Below, piece by piece: positions 1 through 11,500 of a DNA stretch of 64,000 nucleotides; position 1 is the stretch's first letter; each line of letters starts with the position of its first letter. The position numbers and the translations under genes are program-made. The DNA is taken from assembly GCF_030028105.1 (NCBI RefSeq), contig NC_092379.1, positions 109,358,408-109,422,407 of the forward strand, in the 5' to 3' direction. This DNA comes from Mobula birostris (Eukaryota). The notes under the pieces are model-generated. The model ran no database searches. It was not told the DNA's origin and was given only the letters and a program-made list of their open reading frames with translations.

Positions 1-1320
1 CAACACAGACACAATGCTGGAGGAACTCAGCAGGCCAGGCAGCATCCATGGAAATTAATATTCAGACCGTTCTTTAGGACTGAAATGGAAGTGGGAAGAT
101 GCCAGAATAAAAAGGTTGGGTTTGGGGAAGGAGGCTAGCTAGAAGGTGATAGGTGAAGCCAGGAGAATGGGAAAGATAAAGGGCTGGAGAAGAATGAATC
201 TGACGGGAGAGGAGAATGGACCACAGGAGGGAAGGAGGAGGGGACACGGGGAAGTGATATGCAGGTGAGAAGAGGTAAAAGGTCAAAGTTGGGAATAGAA
301 GAGGAGGGGAAGGGGAAAATTATTAGAAGGAGAAATCAATGTTCATGCCGTCATTTAGGGGCTACCCAGACCAAATATGGACTGACTTGTCGGAACAGGA
401 ATGGAAATTAAAATGTTTGGCCACTGGGAAGTTCTGCTTATGGCTGATGGTGCAGAGGAGCTTGGCGATGTGTCCTCCCAATTTCGCAGGTGAAGTGTTG
501 TCTCAGCTGGAAGGGGCCCTGAACAGAGGTGAGGGAGGAGGTGAAGGGCAGGTGTAGCACTTTGGCTGTTGGCAGGGATAAGGGCCGGGAGGGATGAATG
601 GACAAGGGAATTGCAGCAAGAACGATCTCTGAAAAGGGGAGAGGCGGGTGGGGAGGAGTGGGGGAAAGGTAAAAATATGTTTGGTGGTAGGATCCCTTTG
701 GAGGTGGCGGTTGCTGCAGAGGATGATGTGTCAGATGCGGAGGCTGACGGTATGTAGCTGAGGACAAGAGGAATATCGCTGTTAAGGCAGCGGGAAGATG
801 GGGTGAGTGCAAATGTTCAGGAAGTAGGGAAAATGTGGGTGAGGGCAGAATCCATTGTGGAGGAAAGGAAACCCCATTCTTTGAAAAAGGAGGACATGAT
901 GTCCTTTCAGGCTGCATCCTGGGAACAGATGTCGTGGAACGAGGGAACTGAGAAAAGAGAATAGCATTCTTACAGGAGATTGGGTAGGAAGAGGTATAGT
1001 TGAGATAACCGTGGGAATCGGTAGGTTTATAAAAGATGTCGGTTGACAGTTTGTCTCCAGAGATGGAGTCAGGGAGATCGAGAAAGGAGAGGGAGGTGTC
1101 AGAAATGGATCAAATGAATTAATGGCAGGGTGGAAGTTCGAGGCAGAGTTGATAAAACTGATGAGCTCAGCATGGGTGCATGAAGGAGCACCAATGCAGC
1201 CCTCAGTGTAGTGGAGGAAGAAATGGGGAGTATAACCGGGGAAGACTTCGAACATGGACTGTTCTACATAACCAGCAAAGAGGCAGACATAGCTGGAGCC
1301 TATACATGTGTCATTTTGGT
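1..1320 (-). mobile_element. Penelope-like element (PLE), degenerate: terminal repeat plus GIY-YIG/RT remnants
   Basis: Opens with the terminal motif AATGCTGGAGGAACTCAGCAGGCCAGGCAGCATC seen in all PLE copies here. Minus-strand remnants 'QGPFQLRQHFTCEI' and 'FLHYTEGCIGAPSCTHAELISFINSASNFHPA' align with the PLE at 20280-21365 (RYIDDCIG...ASNFHPA). Runs off the window edge. Confidence 0.85.
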
Positions 1321-1427
1321 GCAAATAAAATTGCAGTTAACTTTTTCAGGACAAAATAAACAGAGAAATCAGCCTGAAAGAAATTTATTTTATAATGTAG
1401 TTGAAGAGATATCTACCAGATTGCGCA

Positions 1428-1536
1428 CATTTTCAGCCTGAAACGTTGACAATTTCTTTTTTCCCCACAGTTGCTGCATAACCCATTCTTTGCTTCTCCA
1501 GTTTCCAGCATCTGCGGTATCTTATGTCTCAGACGA
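1428..1536 (+). mobile_element. Solo PLE terminal fragment
   Basis: GCCTGAAACGTTGAC...TTCCAGCATCTGC corresponds to the 3' half of the hammerhead plus the PLE terminus. Confidence 0.6.
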
Positions 1537-2510
1537 CAAAGAGAAAATCTGCAGATGCTGGAAATCCAGGCAACACATACAAAATGCTGGAGGAACTCTG
1601 CAGGCCAGGCAGCATCTGTTGAAAAAGTACAGTCAATGTTTTGGGCCGAAACCCTTTGGCAGGACTGGAGAAGGGAAAGCTGAGGAGTAGATTTAAAAGG
1701 TGGGCGGAGGGGAGAGAGGATCACCAGGTGATAGGTGAAACCTGAGGGGGAGGGATGAAGTAAAGAGCTGGGAAGTTGATTGGTGAAAGAGACAGAGGTC
1801 ATGGAAGAAAGAAAAGGGGAAAGAGGGAGGCGATGGGCGGACAAGGAGATGAGGTGAGGGGGGAAAAGGGGATGGGAAATGGAGAAGGAAGGGGGGAGGG
1901 GTTGGAGGGTATTACTGGAAGTTTGAGAAATTGATGTTCATCTCATCAGGTTGGAAGCTACCCAAACGGAATATAAGGTGTTGTTCCTCCAAGCTGAGCA
2001 TGGTCTCATCACAACAGTAGAGGAGGCCATGGACTGACATATCGGAATGAGAATGGGAAGTGGAATTAAAATAGCTGGCCACTGGGAGATCCTGCTTCTT
2101 CTGGTGGACGGAGCGTAGGTGCTCTGCAAAGCGGTCTCCCAATCCATGTTGAGTCTCACCGATATACAGGAGGCCACAGCAGGAGCACCAGACACAGTAT
2201 ATGACCCCAGCAGATTCACAGGTGAAGTGTTGCCTCACCTGGAAGAACTGTTTGGGGCCCTGAATGGTAGTGAGGGAGGAGGTATAGGGACAGGTGTAGC
2301 ACTTGTTCTGCTTGCAGGGAAGAGTGCCAGGAGGGAGATCACTGGGGAGGGACAAATAGACAAGGGACCAATCAACTTCCCAGCTCTTTACTTCATCCCT
2401 CCCCCTCCAGGTTTCACCAATCACCTGATGGTTCTCTCTCTTCTTCCCCCCACCTTTAAAATCTATTCCTCAGCGTTTTTTTTCTCCAGTGTTACTTCGT
2501 GTGTGTTGCT
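1537..2510 (-). mobile_element. PLE, 5'-truncated, with GIY-YIG endonuclease ORF, inverted partial pLTR and 16-bp TSD
   Basis: ORF 1912-2424 contains GVIYCVWCSCCGLLYIGET...RFAEH...LEEQHLIFRLGS (GIY-YIG). 2388-2490 is the reverse complement of about 1665-1783. Flanked by CTTATGTCTCAGACGA (1521-1536) and CTCATGTCTCAGATGA (2511-2526). Confidence 0.9.
1630..1667 (-). ncRNA. Degenerate minimal type I hammerhead ribozyme (PLE pLTR)
   Basis: Minus strand reads CAGTC CTGCCAA AGGG-TTTCGG-CCC AAAA CATT GACTG. Stems I and II are intact; the core is mutated. Confidence 0.65.
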
Positions 2511-2619
2511 CTCATGTCTCAGATGATATAGTTGGTTAGCATTCACTGCTGGGAATGGCTTGAATTCAGGGAATAAAATAAATGAGCTTAAATTAGAAAC
2601 ACTAGCTTAAAAATGTCAA

Positions 2620-2755
2620 TCTAGATACTGGACTGCAGTGCAGGTAAAATGCTGGAGGAACTCAGCAGGTCAAGCAGAGTCCATGGAGAGGAACAGTTGA
2701 TGTTTCGGGCCAAGTCACTTCATCAGGACTGGAAAAGAAAGAGAAGAAGCCAAAA
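2620..2755 (-). mobile_element. Solo PLE terminal fragment
   Basis: AATGCTGGAGGAACTCAGCAGGTCAAGCAG...CATCAGGACTGG. Confidence 0.8.
2694..2731 (-). ncRNA. Minimal type I hammerhead ribozyme motif with both core boxes intact
   Basis: Minus strand reads CAGTC CTGATGA AGTGACTTGGCCC GAAA CATC AACTG. CUGAUGA and GAAA boxes are present, triplet AUC, with one mismatch each in stems I and II. Confidence 0.7.
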
Positions 2756-3009
2756 GTTCCGTTTGAATAATAGGTAAATATTACATGCTATATAATCTTT
2801 AGAAAGGAGAGGGAATTTGATTGCTAGAAAATAATGAATAGATTTTAAAATAATATGCAGTAGGTGAATGTTTCTTCACTTAGAAAAATAGCTTTGTATG
2901 AAAGTGGGTTTGAGTATAGCCCAGATTGATGGGCTCATTGCTATCTTACAAATTCCATAAATTAATAACCAGTTGAAGTTTTTTCATTAGTTAAACAGGT
3001 TATTATATG

Positions 3010-3429
3010 CAGTACTGTGCAAAAGTCTTAGGCGCATGTAAAATAAATTCTGTCAAGTGAAGATGCTTTCAAAATTAAGGAAGTGAGAAGTTTCTAAACA
3101 TCAAAAATTAATATAATGAACAGTAAACAATAAAAAAGCTAAATCAAATCAATATTCGGTGTGACCAGTAAAACTTTTAAAACTGTATCAATTCTCTTAG
3201 GCACACTGTTATGCAGTTTTATAAGAAAATCAGCAGGTAGGTTGTTCCAAGCATCTTGGAGAACTTGCCCACAGTTCTTCTGCAGAGTTTGGCTGTATCA
3301 CTTGCTTCTGTCTCTCCAAATAATCCCAGACAGCTTTGATGATGTTGAGATCGGGGACCTGTGGAAGCTGTACCATCTGAAACCATATTAAAAAAACATT
3401 TGGATGCCTAACACTTTTGCACAGTACTG
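3010..3429 (-). mobile_element. Internally deleted Tc1-family DNA transposon
   Basis: TIRs CAGTACTGTGCAAAAGTCTTAGGC / GCCTAACACTTTTGCACAGTACTG, followed by TA on the right. Minus-strand peptide PQVPDLNIIKAVWDYLER matches the Tc1 'SPDLNxIE' region. Confidence 0.9.
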
Positions 3430-4319
3430 TATATAGCATTATCTTACATAAGAGGGAACATCATAAATTTCTTATTGAAGTAATTTTGCTGAACTTTTTT
3501 CTAATATGCAACAGTTCTATTGCTGATTAAACTTGACAGTTGGTTTTGGAAAGAAATAGCAGTTTGGCAGCTTGAGCACCACATTTTGTTGCCATTATTA
3601 ATTCCCATTGATTGTTTTATAACATCATCTTGGAGGAAAGAGGAGCCTTTATTATTTCAGTTTTAGAGATATTGATAAGGATTAGGTCTAGGCAGTTCTG
3701 ACTTATTGTTAAACATATCACTTACCACTGTGATATTAACGTACATAATTCCCATTAGAAATACTGTTCTGTGCAAGACCACATCTTCAGTGATACTATC
3801 ACTGAATTGGAGAGGGAAAAGCTAAACAATCACACTAGTTGGACAGTGGTTGCTTCAATGATGAAGACACAATTGGTTCCTCAACAATATTCTCCATGAT
3901 GAAATAGCTTTCCAATACCTGTCATTTGCATCACATTATGTCAGACCAGTGGTTAAAAAATTAAATTGGCCAGAATCAAACTCAGAATAGCATCTTGGCA
4001 AAGGAGGAGAATAGGCAAACAGGAACATACTGTATATGCAATAAGTGCTATCAGAGAGGAGTTTATTATCCCATTGCTCCTGTGCTGATTATAAAAGAGA
4101 CCCTATCTAATGCTAACTTCCAGCACCTGGTCCAATACACTGCAGGAGTGCCTCTACCTCCCATTGAGATGGTGAGTCCTAGGCCATTACCACCTTCAGG
4201 ATAATTTTTTTCTCAACTCACCTCATGCCAATTACTTAATTTTAGACCTATTCATGAACTAGGTCCATACTATTTACTCTTACAAGAGTCTCAATACTTT
4301 ACCAAATTTTACCAAGCTT

Positions 4320-4885
4320 CTATAAAAAATGGATGTAATGTTGAGGTTTTATAGACATTAGTCAGATCATGTTTGGAGTACTGTGAGCAGTTTTGGTCCT
4401 CAGATCTAAGCAAGGGCATGCTGGCTTTGGAGAGGGTCCATTAGGAGATTCACGAGAACAATCCTGGGAGTGAAAAGGGTAATGCATGCAGATCATTTGA
4501 TGCTCTGGGCCTTTACTCACAAGTTTAGAAAAATGAGGAGGGATCTCATCGAAACCTATCAAATATTGAAAGGGCTAGAAAGTGTGGATGTGGAGAGGAT
4601 GTTTTCAGTAGTAAGGGAGTCTAGGATCAGAGGGCACATTCTCAGAATAGATAGTCTTCTTTTTAATACAAGGGTGAGAAGAAATTTCTTTGGACAGAAT
4701 GAGATGAATCTGTGGAATTCATTGCCGCAAATGGCTGTAGTGTCTAGGTCATTGAGTATATTTAAGGTGGAGATTGATAGGTTCTTGATTAGTGAGGTCC
4801 TCAAAGGTTATGGGGTGAAAGCAAGAGAATGGAGCAGGAGAGGGGAAATAACTTAGCTATGATTGAATGGTGGAGTAGACTCTTA
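4320..4885 (+). mobile_element. CR1 LINE 3' fragment
   Basis: ORF 4470-4856 (RRDLIETYQILKG...RRNFF...NLWNSLPQ...FKVEIDRFL) is a CR1 ORF2 C-terminus. Confidence 0.9.
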
Positions 4886-4929
4886 TCCATGCCACTTTGT
4901 GTCCCTGATACTCAGAAACTGATCTGACA

Positions 4930-5420
4930 TATTGAGCCAACTTCATTCCTCAGTAATGCTGTGATCTCATCTTTTATCAACAGAGCTACCCCATCTCCTT
5001 TTCCTGTTTGCTTATTATCTCCTTGTCTTGTTGCATGTCCCACGTACATTACCTCATACTATTCTGGATAAAGTTCCATTTGTCATTTTCCTTCCCAATC
5101 GACGGGACCGGCCTGCAGTCTAAAACTTTCCTTCTCACTGTCAACTACACAGCCAACGTTTGAAACATCTGCAAACGACTTCCTACATGAAGTTCTGAAT
5201 CACTAACCTACATTACAAAAATAAAAGTCTGAGCACTGAACCCTGTGCAACATTAGCTTACCAGTCCAAAACAAAATTACTCTTTCCACCAAATATTACC
5301 CTTTCTTTCTCATCACTGATCCAGTTTTAGAGCAAATTTCCCACTTTCCCTGGGACCCCATGTGCTTTTACTTTTAGTGAGCAGTCTGCCATATGCAATC
5401 TTCTCAAAAGTCTGCTAAAG
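4930..5420 (-). mobile_element. Old CR1 RT remnant
   Basis: Minus strand gives FADVSNVG (FADDTKIG-like) at about 5175 and DFEKIAYGRLL (KAFDKVPHGRLL-like) at about 5400. Confidence 0.6.
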
Positions 5421-6259
5421 TAAGGGAGAAGATTCAAAGAAAACAATAAATAAAGAAATATGCAAGCATTTGTATTTCTGAATCAGGAACATCCAAAGCA
5501 ATATAGTTGTTCTTTAATGCTGCATTAGTTGATCCTTAGTTATAGCCACTCTGTCAAAAAGAAACACTTTCAATTTTCATCTTCTCTCTCAAACACTTTC
5601 ATAGTCTTAAGGACTTCCATTAAACTTTGGTCTGAAACTTTTCCTGTCAGGAATAATCCCTCAATTTTATTATAATTTCCATCACATCTGATTTTTTTTA
5701 AGTATCTCACATATTTTTCTATAATATGGAGATAAGAATTGTTCAGGCTATCCTGAATATCATTGAACATTAAACACTGTCTATGTTTAACACAACTTCT
5801 CAATTCTTCGTTTCTGTCTCTCTATGATTGTATTCCCATGCCCTGTTTGATATTTAATGTACCTCATCTGTGTCATTGCTCCAGGCCCAGTTGGAATTCT
5901 ACTTTTCTGGGAGAAGATGGCTTTGTTCTTCCTACTGAAATGAAGCAGGATTAAGACACGCAGTAAGTTCTACAAACTGTGAGCATGTGAGTACTTCGAA
6001 GTCGCTGCATTAGGTCAATAGAGTTAATGTGTGCAATATCTGACCACGCTGTAAGTTTCCTTCGTGTTATGGAAAATTGGGAGGGTAGAGGACGTGTATC
6101 CAGGTCTCAGATTTGGTCTCCCAATTAATACTCTATCATGGGCCAATGTTTAAAAATACAACCTCTTTACTGTTCCATTTATCTTATTTTTACAGGCATA
6201 TTGAGGTTATGGGTGGTGGGATGGTAGGATGGAGATATGTCTATACCAAAGGAGATGTT

Positions 6260-6318
6260 ACATAGAAAACCTACAGCACTATACAGGCCCTTTGGCCCAC
6301 AATGCTGTGCTGAACGTA
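6260..6318 (-). mobile_element. CR1 3' tail fragment
   Basis: CATAGAAAACCTACAGCAC...GGCCCACAATG is the reverse complement of the CR1 tail at 23320-23380. Confidence 0.7.
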
Positions 6319-6944
6319 ATAGAACTCCAAAATAAAAAAGGAAATGGATTTTTTTTTCTGTAAAGCACTGATTGCTGTATTGATTATGCCCACATTTTAG
6401 TTAAATCTTTCAGATCCAGGAACAATGGTTTATACTTCAATTAGTTTTAAAGACAGACTTTCAAGATACCTTCTATGCTGGTGCATGGGGTTATTTACAC
6501 AATTTATTTCAGTTAATTTCCTCTTATTCATCAGTCTGTTTAGAACAAGGTAGGAGGGCTGAAGGTGAAGAGATGTTATGATATCCTTTTTTTGTGAGAA
6601 ATGGAAGCTCATGTTTGCCCTGTGGTCCATCAAATGGACATATTCTCAACAAATGGCAGTTAGAGACCACATCCGTTAATTAGTTACATAAATCTCAACT
6701 GAACACCACACTGGGTATTAAGACCATTATTGATATACTCTAATTAGCTGGGTAAAATTTGAATGTTTCTTCAATAGCATCTGTAGTCCAAAGATTCTCC
6801 ACATATTGTTTAATACACGCCTAAATGTTTCAGTTTCAACTACCCTCCAAGAAATTACAGAGGTGAAAATTAGAAGGATCTAAATAAGATACTTGTTCCA
6901 AAACAGCCAGGGGGTAATCATGTGTGAGAAATCTGTACCAATTG

Positions 6945-7308
6945 CTAAGGCACTCTTTCCCTCCATTAGCCTGTAGGTCACCTTCGAGAAAGGTGTAGCA
7001 CCTGCTTATTCCCCTCCCCCACCCCACCCCCACCAATTAGGGTCAGGTGTAACCATGGGGGCAGGTGGTGGATGGTCATGTGAGCAGCTGGTGCATATCA
7101 CACGTTCTGGTTATGCGACTACTGATGCCAGGCAGACAATCTCTGAAGAGTATTGATAATGGCTGGGGTCACCCGTCCTGTAAAGACACTGTCCAGAAGA
7201 AGGCCAATGGCAAACCACTTTTGTCGAAAAATTTGCCTAGAACAATCACGGTCATGGAAAGACCATGAGCGGCCACATCATGCAACATGGCACATAACGA
7301 ACGAATGC
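6945..7308 (+). mobile_element. Non-autonomous RTE-related retroelement (SINE-like)
   Basis: Contains GAAGGCCAATGGCAAACCACT, a motif typical of RTE-derived SINEs, and ends in a short (AACG)n tail. No ORF. Confidence 0.6.
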
Positions 7309-7404
7309 TATTGAAGTTAAGAGAAAGGGAATGTTACATTTTCGGCACCAGTCAGAACTAAAGGTTCCCCACTTGAGCCAACAGGGAAATATAGTTTAGG
7401 ATCT

Positions 7405-7550
7405 GTTGGTAACCTTTAAACCAGAAGGTTTTGAGTTCAAGTTCATCTCAAAAGACTTGAGCCAATAATCCTAGGCCCTTGGTAGGAGGATTTTGGATGG
7501 AACATTGGAATGAGGCCTCGTCTGTTCCCTGATGTGCACAAAAAGATCTC
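7405..7550 (+). mobile_element. Deu-domain SINE remnant (SacSINE1/AmnSINE-like), 5' part
   Basis: CAGAAGGTTTTGAGTTCAAG...AGACTTGAGC...TGAGGCCTCGTCTG...AAAAGATC resembles the tRNA-derived head plus Deu-SINE body, recognised by eye. Confidence 0.55.
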
Positions 7551-7554
7551 CTGA

Positions 7555-7722
7555 CATGGATGCAGGTTTGATCTCAACATTTGAGAGAGATTTGAAAGGG
7601 TACGTGAATAGGAGGGGCATGGTCCAGGTGAGGGTCAATAGAACTAGGCAGAATAACAGCTCAGCATGGACTAGATGGGCTGAAGGGCTTGTTTCTGTTC
7701 TGAAGTGCTTTATGACTCCATG
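7555..7722 (+). mobile_element. CR1 3' end
   Basis: GCATGGACTAGATGGGCTGAAGGGCTTGTTTCTGTTCTG-type CR1 tail. Confidence 0.7.
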
Positions 7723-9170
7723 CCATATTTTAAAGTCTATCGGTCTTCAATTTACATTTAATGTGTCCTGATTAAGACTTGTGCCACATTTAATCTCATG
7801 AAAGCAGATTCTCTCATGGTTATTTGAGAAAGCTTGTGCAAAGGTTGAGCACTATACTACAACAGTGAATGTAAAGTGCTGAGGTTGTTCAAGGCACCTT
7901 ATCTATGAAAGTTTTTCTTTTACATGTGTATTAATGTTTTCTATCCACTGGCAACAGTCCTAAGCTAAAAGGCTGGACACCTATAATGTAAAGACATTTC
8001 ATTTCCTAGACACTTTGGAAGGATATCAATTTTTGTCATGTCTATTAACTAATCTAAATCTGCTACTTGTTTAATACAATAGTAATTATGTGTTAGGTGA
8101 TAAACTTTTGGAAGGACTTCTTATCTCTGACCATTATAAATAGTGGAATGATTTTTATTTTTGTCTTTATTGGATCTGGTTGCCATTCAGCAAGTTGTTT
8201 GCCAGTGTTCGAGGGTTGTTTTGCCTGGCCACTTTTTCCTCCTATTGTCTTCATCAGATCTACAGCTGAATGATGTCATCTTTCCACTGAATGGCAACAG
8301 CCAGCTGAAGGCTCCAACTATGTGACTCTTTCAGGAAAGGTTAAAAAAAGGTGACTGTCAAACTTCAGGATACTACGCTGGGGAATCAGTCATCTCTGGA
8401 CAGAGAATTCTTTCATTGTTGGTATCAACATTCAGCCAGGAAAATGTGGTGACAGCTTGTAGCCAAAGTGCTCTTTGGCTTGGAGATAAGAATGCATAAC
8501 ATACTATTTAGAGCTGCAACACATATGAAAACATTATAATGAAGGGCAAATGTAGTTAATCAGCCTTAACTCCAAGCCATTTTCCTTCCTGTGGGACTGG
8601 AGAAGAATAAAGATGTTACAAAGATTTTACATAAGACATTCTTAATCTTGTAATTCTAGATAGACAGGTAAATTTACATGGGAAAAAATTGCACATGGCT
8701 TTGGAATGAAGAGTTTATGTAAAGGCTGGCAAACACAGGAAGTGAGATATAGAATGTATAGGAAGTGAAAGCTAGCATGTATTGTGTATTGGATTTAATC
8801 TTTTAAAAAGTCAGAATTCATATCTAATCCTTTCAGTGTGACATTTTATTTTCTTATTCTAAGCCAACAGGCCCAAACAACATAAGGCAAGATGTTAAAA
8901 TGAGTACACACCCATTCTGCTTAGGGCTCAGCATGACCCACATTGAAACCAGTTGGTGGGCTCTGATGTGACTGTGGGAAGAAGCAGTTTCTGATGACTG
9001 CAACAAGTGGAGCTTGATAGTGGATGGATTATGATGTTCCTTCCAGTCCTTGCAAATGGACTCCACATGCTGTTGATGTAGAGATTTGGGGTGCACACTG
9101 CCTTACCAGATACTCACACAGAATGCTGGAGAACTCATCAGGTCAGGCAGGATCTATGGAGAGGAATAAA

Positions 9171-9208
9171 GAGCTGACGTTTCAGACCGAGGCCCTTTAT
9201 CAGGACTG
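9171..9208 (-). ncRNA. Degenerate hammerhead ribozyme (PLE)
   Basis: CAGTC CTGATAA AGGGCCTCGGTCT GAAA CGTC AGCTC. Confidence 0.6.
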
Positions 9209-9379
9209 GAAAGGATGGGGAAGAAGCCAGAATAAGAAGATAGGGGGAGGGGAAGGAGTACAAGCTGGAAGGTGGTAGGCGAACATGAGAAATTCTGTAG
9301 ATGCTGGAAATCCTGAACATTACACACAAAATACTGGACAAACTCAGCAGTTCAGACAGCATCTGTGGAAATGAATAAA

Positions 9380-9417
9380 CCGTCAATGTTTCAGGCCGTG
9401 ACTCTTCATTAGGACTG
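9380..9417 (-). ncRNA. Degenerate hammerhead ribozyme (PLE)
   Basis: CAGTC CTAATGA AGAGTCACGGCCT GAAA CATT GACGG. Confidence 0.55.
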
Positions 9418-10756
9418 ATAGGTGAAGCCAGGTGGGGAAGTAGGTGGGTGGGAGAGGGGAGGAATAAATTAGAAACTGGGAGGAGACAGGTGGAAGGGTA
9501 AAGTGCTGGAGAAGAAGGTATCTAATACTGCTTCTTTATTTTGTCTGTGCCTGGCTAAGAATTTTCATGAGACCAAGAGGACATTGCAATTTTTAAGCAG
9601 GCATCGCAAATGTCTTTGAAGTGTTTTCTTTTTCCTCCTGAAAATCTATTGCCATAATGGAACTTGAAGGAATCCAGAAGACAGCATGTAAACAAAATGG
9701 CCTACACATTCATGCTGAGTGAGCTTGAGCCTTGATGCTGGGGATTTGGTCTAAGAGGGACCCTGACATGAGTTTGCTGGCGCTTTTCCAGTGCTTGGTG
9801 ATTTGTCTGAAGCACATCGCAGAGTGGGATCACTATGGTTGCCATGGCTCTGGTCTTCCAGCATTCCTTTCTCAGTTGGCCAAAGTCTGTGCTGACACGC
9901 TAGAGACACTGGTAAAATTCATCATCAATTCTCACCTCTGTGGAGGCTCCCAAGATATGAAAAGAGATTCACGTCTTTCAGGGTCTAGTTGTGCATCATG
10001 ATCATTGGGAAGTGAGGGTTGAGATGCTGTATGTGACAGCAGTTGGTAGAGGACCTGGCCATTTAGCGTAAGGTTCATCCTTTCATATATTACAGTGATT
10101 GGAGCTTGTCCCCCAAGTACACACATAAGGAAATGTCAAATATGTACTTGGCTGATCTAGGTTCTGGAGTGGACTTACCTTTTTATTCAATAAATCAATG
10201 CTGGAAGCTAACAAGGAGGTGATATGCAGTATTAGGGCAAGGAAGACTGAGGAGAGGATTTGAGGGACTAGACTTTCTTGCTCAGTCTCTGGTGGTCCCG
10301 TTGGTTCAGGTCCATGTAAGCATACAACAAATTTTTGAGGACAGCTGAATTTGCAAGGAATTTGCCATCATCCCTCACTGTAGAAGGCTTTTATGAGGTT
10401 AAGAAGTGGCATCTCTGATGGTGAGTGTTGTTCCCTGGTGTTTTCTCCTCCAATGTAAAGCCCACGCCCACTGTATCTTTTGATGGGCTGTATTTGCATT
10501 GGGAATGTGGGAGAAGTTCTTGGCCACTGGGAATGGTGGTTGAGGAGGATCTTGCAACAGGTTTCCCTTCAATTGATAGCAGGGAGACTCCTTTGCAATG
10601 ATCTTAATCAGGAAGTGGTCATGATTAAAATATTTCTGTGATTGACTGATGGAAGTATTTCTTTACCATATTTTAGTACTTCAGCTTAGATTTTGTTGGT
10701 TTCAAAGTTCTTGGTCTTCCTTAACTTTCAGGTGGCTTTTTCATCTAGCTGGGTGA

Positions 10757-10882
10757 ACATAGAAATTTACAGCACATTACAGGCCCTTCGGCCCACAATG
10801 TTGTGCTGATCATGTAACCTACTCTGGAGTCTGCCTAGAATTTCCCCAGCACATAGCCCTCTATTTTTCTAAGTTCCAGATG
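10757..10882 (-). mobile_element. CR1 3' tail
   Basis: Reverse complement of the CR1 end at 23250-23380 (ACAGCACATTACAGGCCCTTCGGCCCACAATGTTGTGC). Confidence 0.85.
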
Positions 10883-11149
10883 CTAAGCTTTTTGTGGATA
10901 CTATACTGTATAATAGAAATAAAAACACTCTTGTCAGTATTGATTAAGAAGATCTTGATATGAACCATTCAGTGGACACTAACTCCCTCTCTATCTTGTG
11001 AAGCTTTTTTCTGTTCTTGGTTCTCAGCATAGTGGGTCCTTTGCTATTACTCTAGATTCTTTTGACATTGCAGAAGTATGTTGTCTAGTTGTTGGATCTC
11101 CTATGGTCTTTTGTCTATACTTCTCACTGGGTTAGTAAAACAGCAACAT

Positions 11150-11500
11150 AATCAAATATCCCATCAACAGTAGACATTTTCTCTTCTCCCTCTTTCATCA
11201 GGCAGAAGCATTTAGCACCAGGCACAAGGACAGCTTCTACCCTGCTGTTATGAGACTATGTAATGGTTCCCTAATTTGATAAGATGAACCTCACAATTTA
11301 CCTCATTAGGAGCTTGGAATTATTGTTTACCTCCAGTGCAGTTTCTTTCAAGCTGGTACACTTTATTTTGCGTTTTTGTTGTTGTTTTACCTTATTCTAC
11401 CTCAACGCAGTGTGTCATGATTTGATCTGTTAGAAGAGTATGCAAGATAATCTTTTCACTGTATCTCAGTACATGTGACAATAATAAACCAATCCCATTT
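11150..11500 (+). mobile_element. Rex1/Babar-type LINE 3' end
   Basis: AAGGACAGCTTCTACCCTGCTGTTATGAGACT (KDSFYPAVMRL) and tail TTTTCACTGTATCTCAGTACATGTGACAATAATAAACC, homologous to 45800-46080. Confidence 0.75.

Larger units (their letters stand above)
9110..9528 (-). mobile_element. PLE pLTR containing a nested second PLE terminus (9284-9415)
   Basis: Outer copy matches 1-210. Inner copy is flanked by TGGTAGGCGAA (9273-9283) and TGATAGGTGAA (9416-9426). Confidence 0.8.

Noticed and set aside
6205-6945. One RTE-type SINE split by a ~690-bp insertion
   Set aside because: No TSD, and 6920-6945 may be that copy's own decayed 5' part; cannot be separated from two independent fragments.
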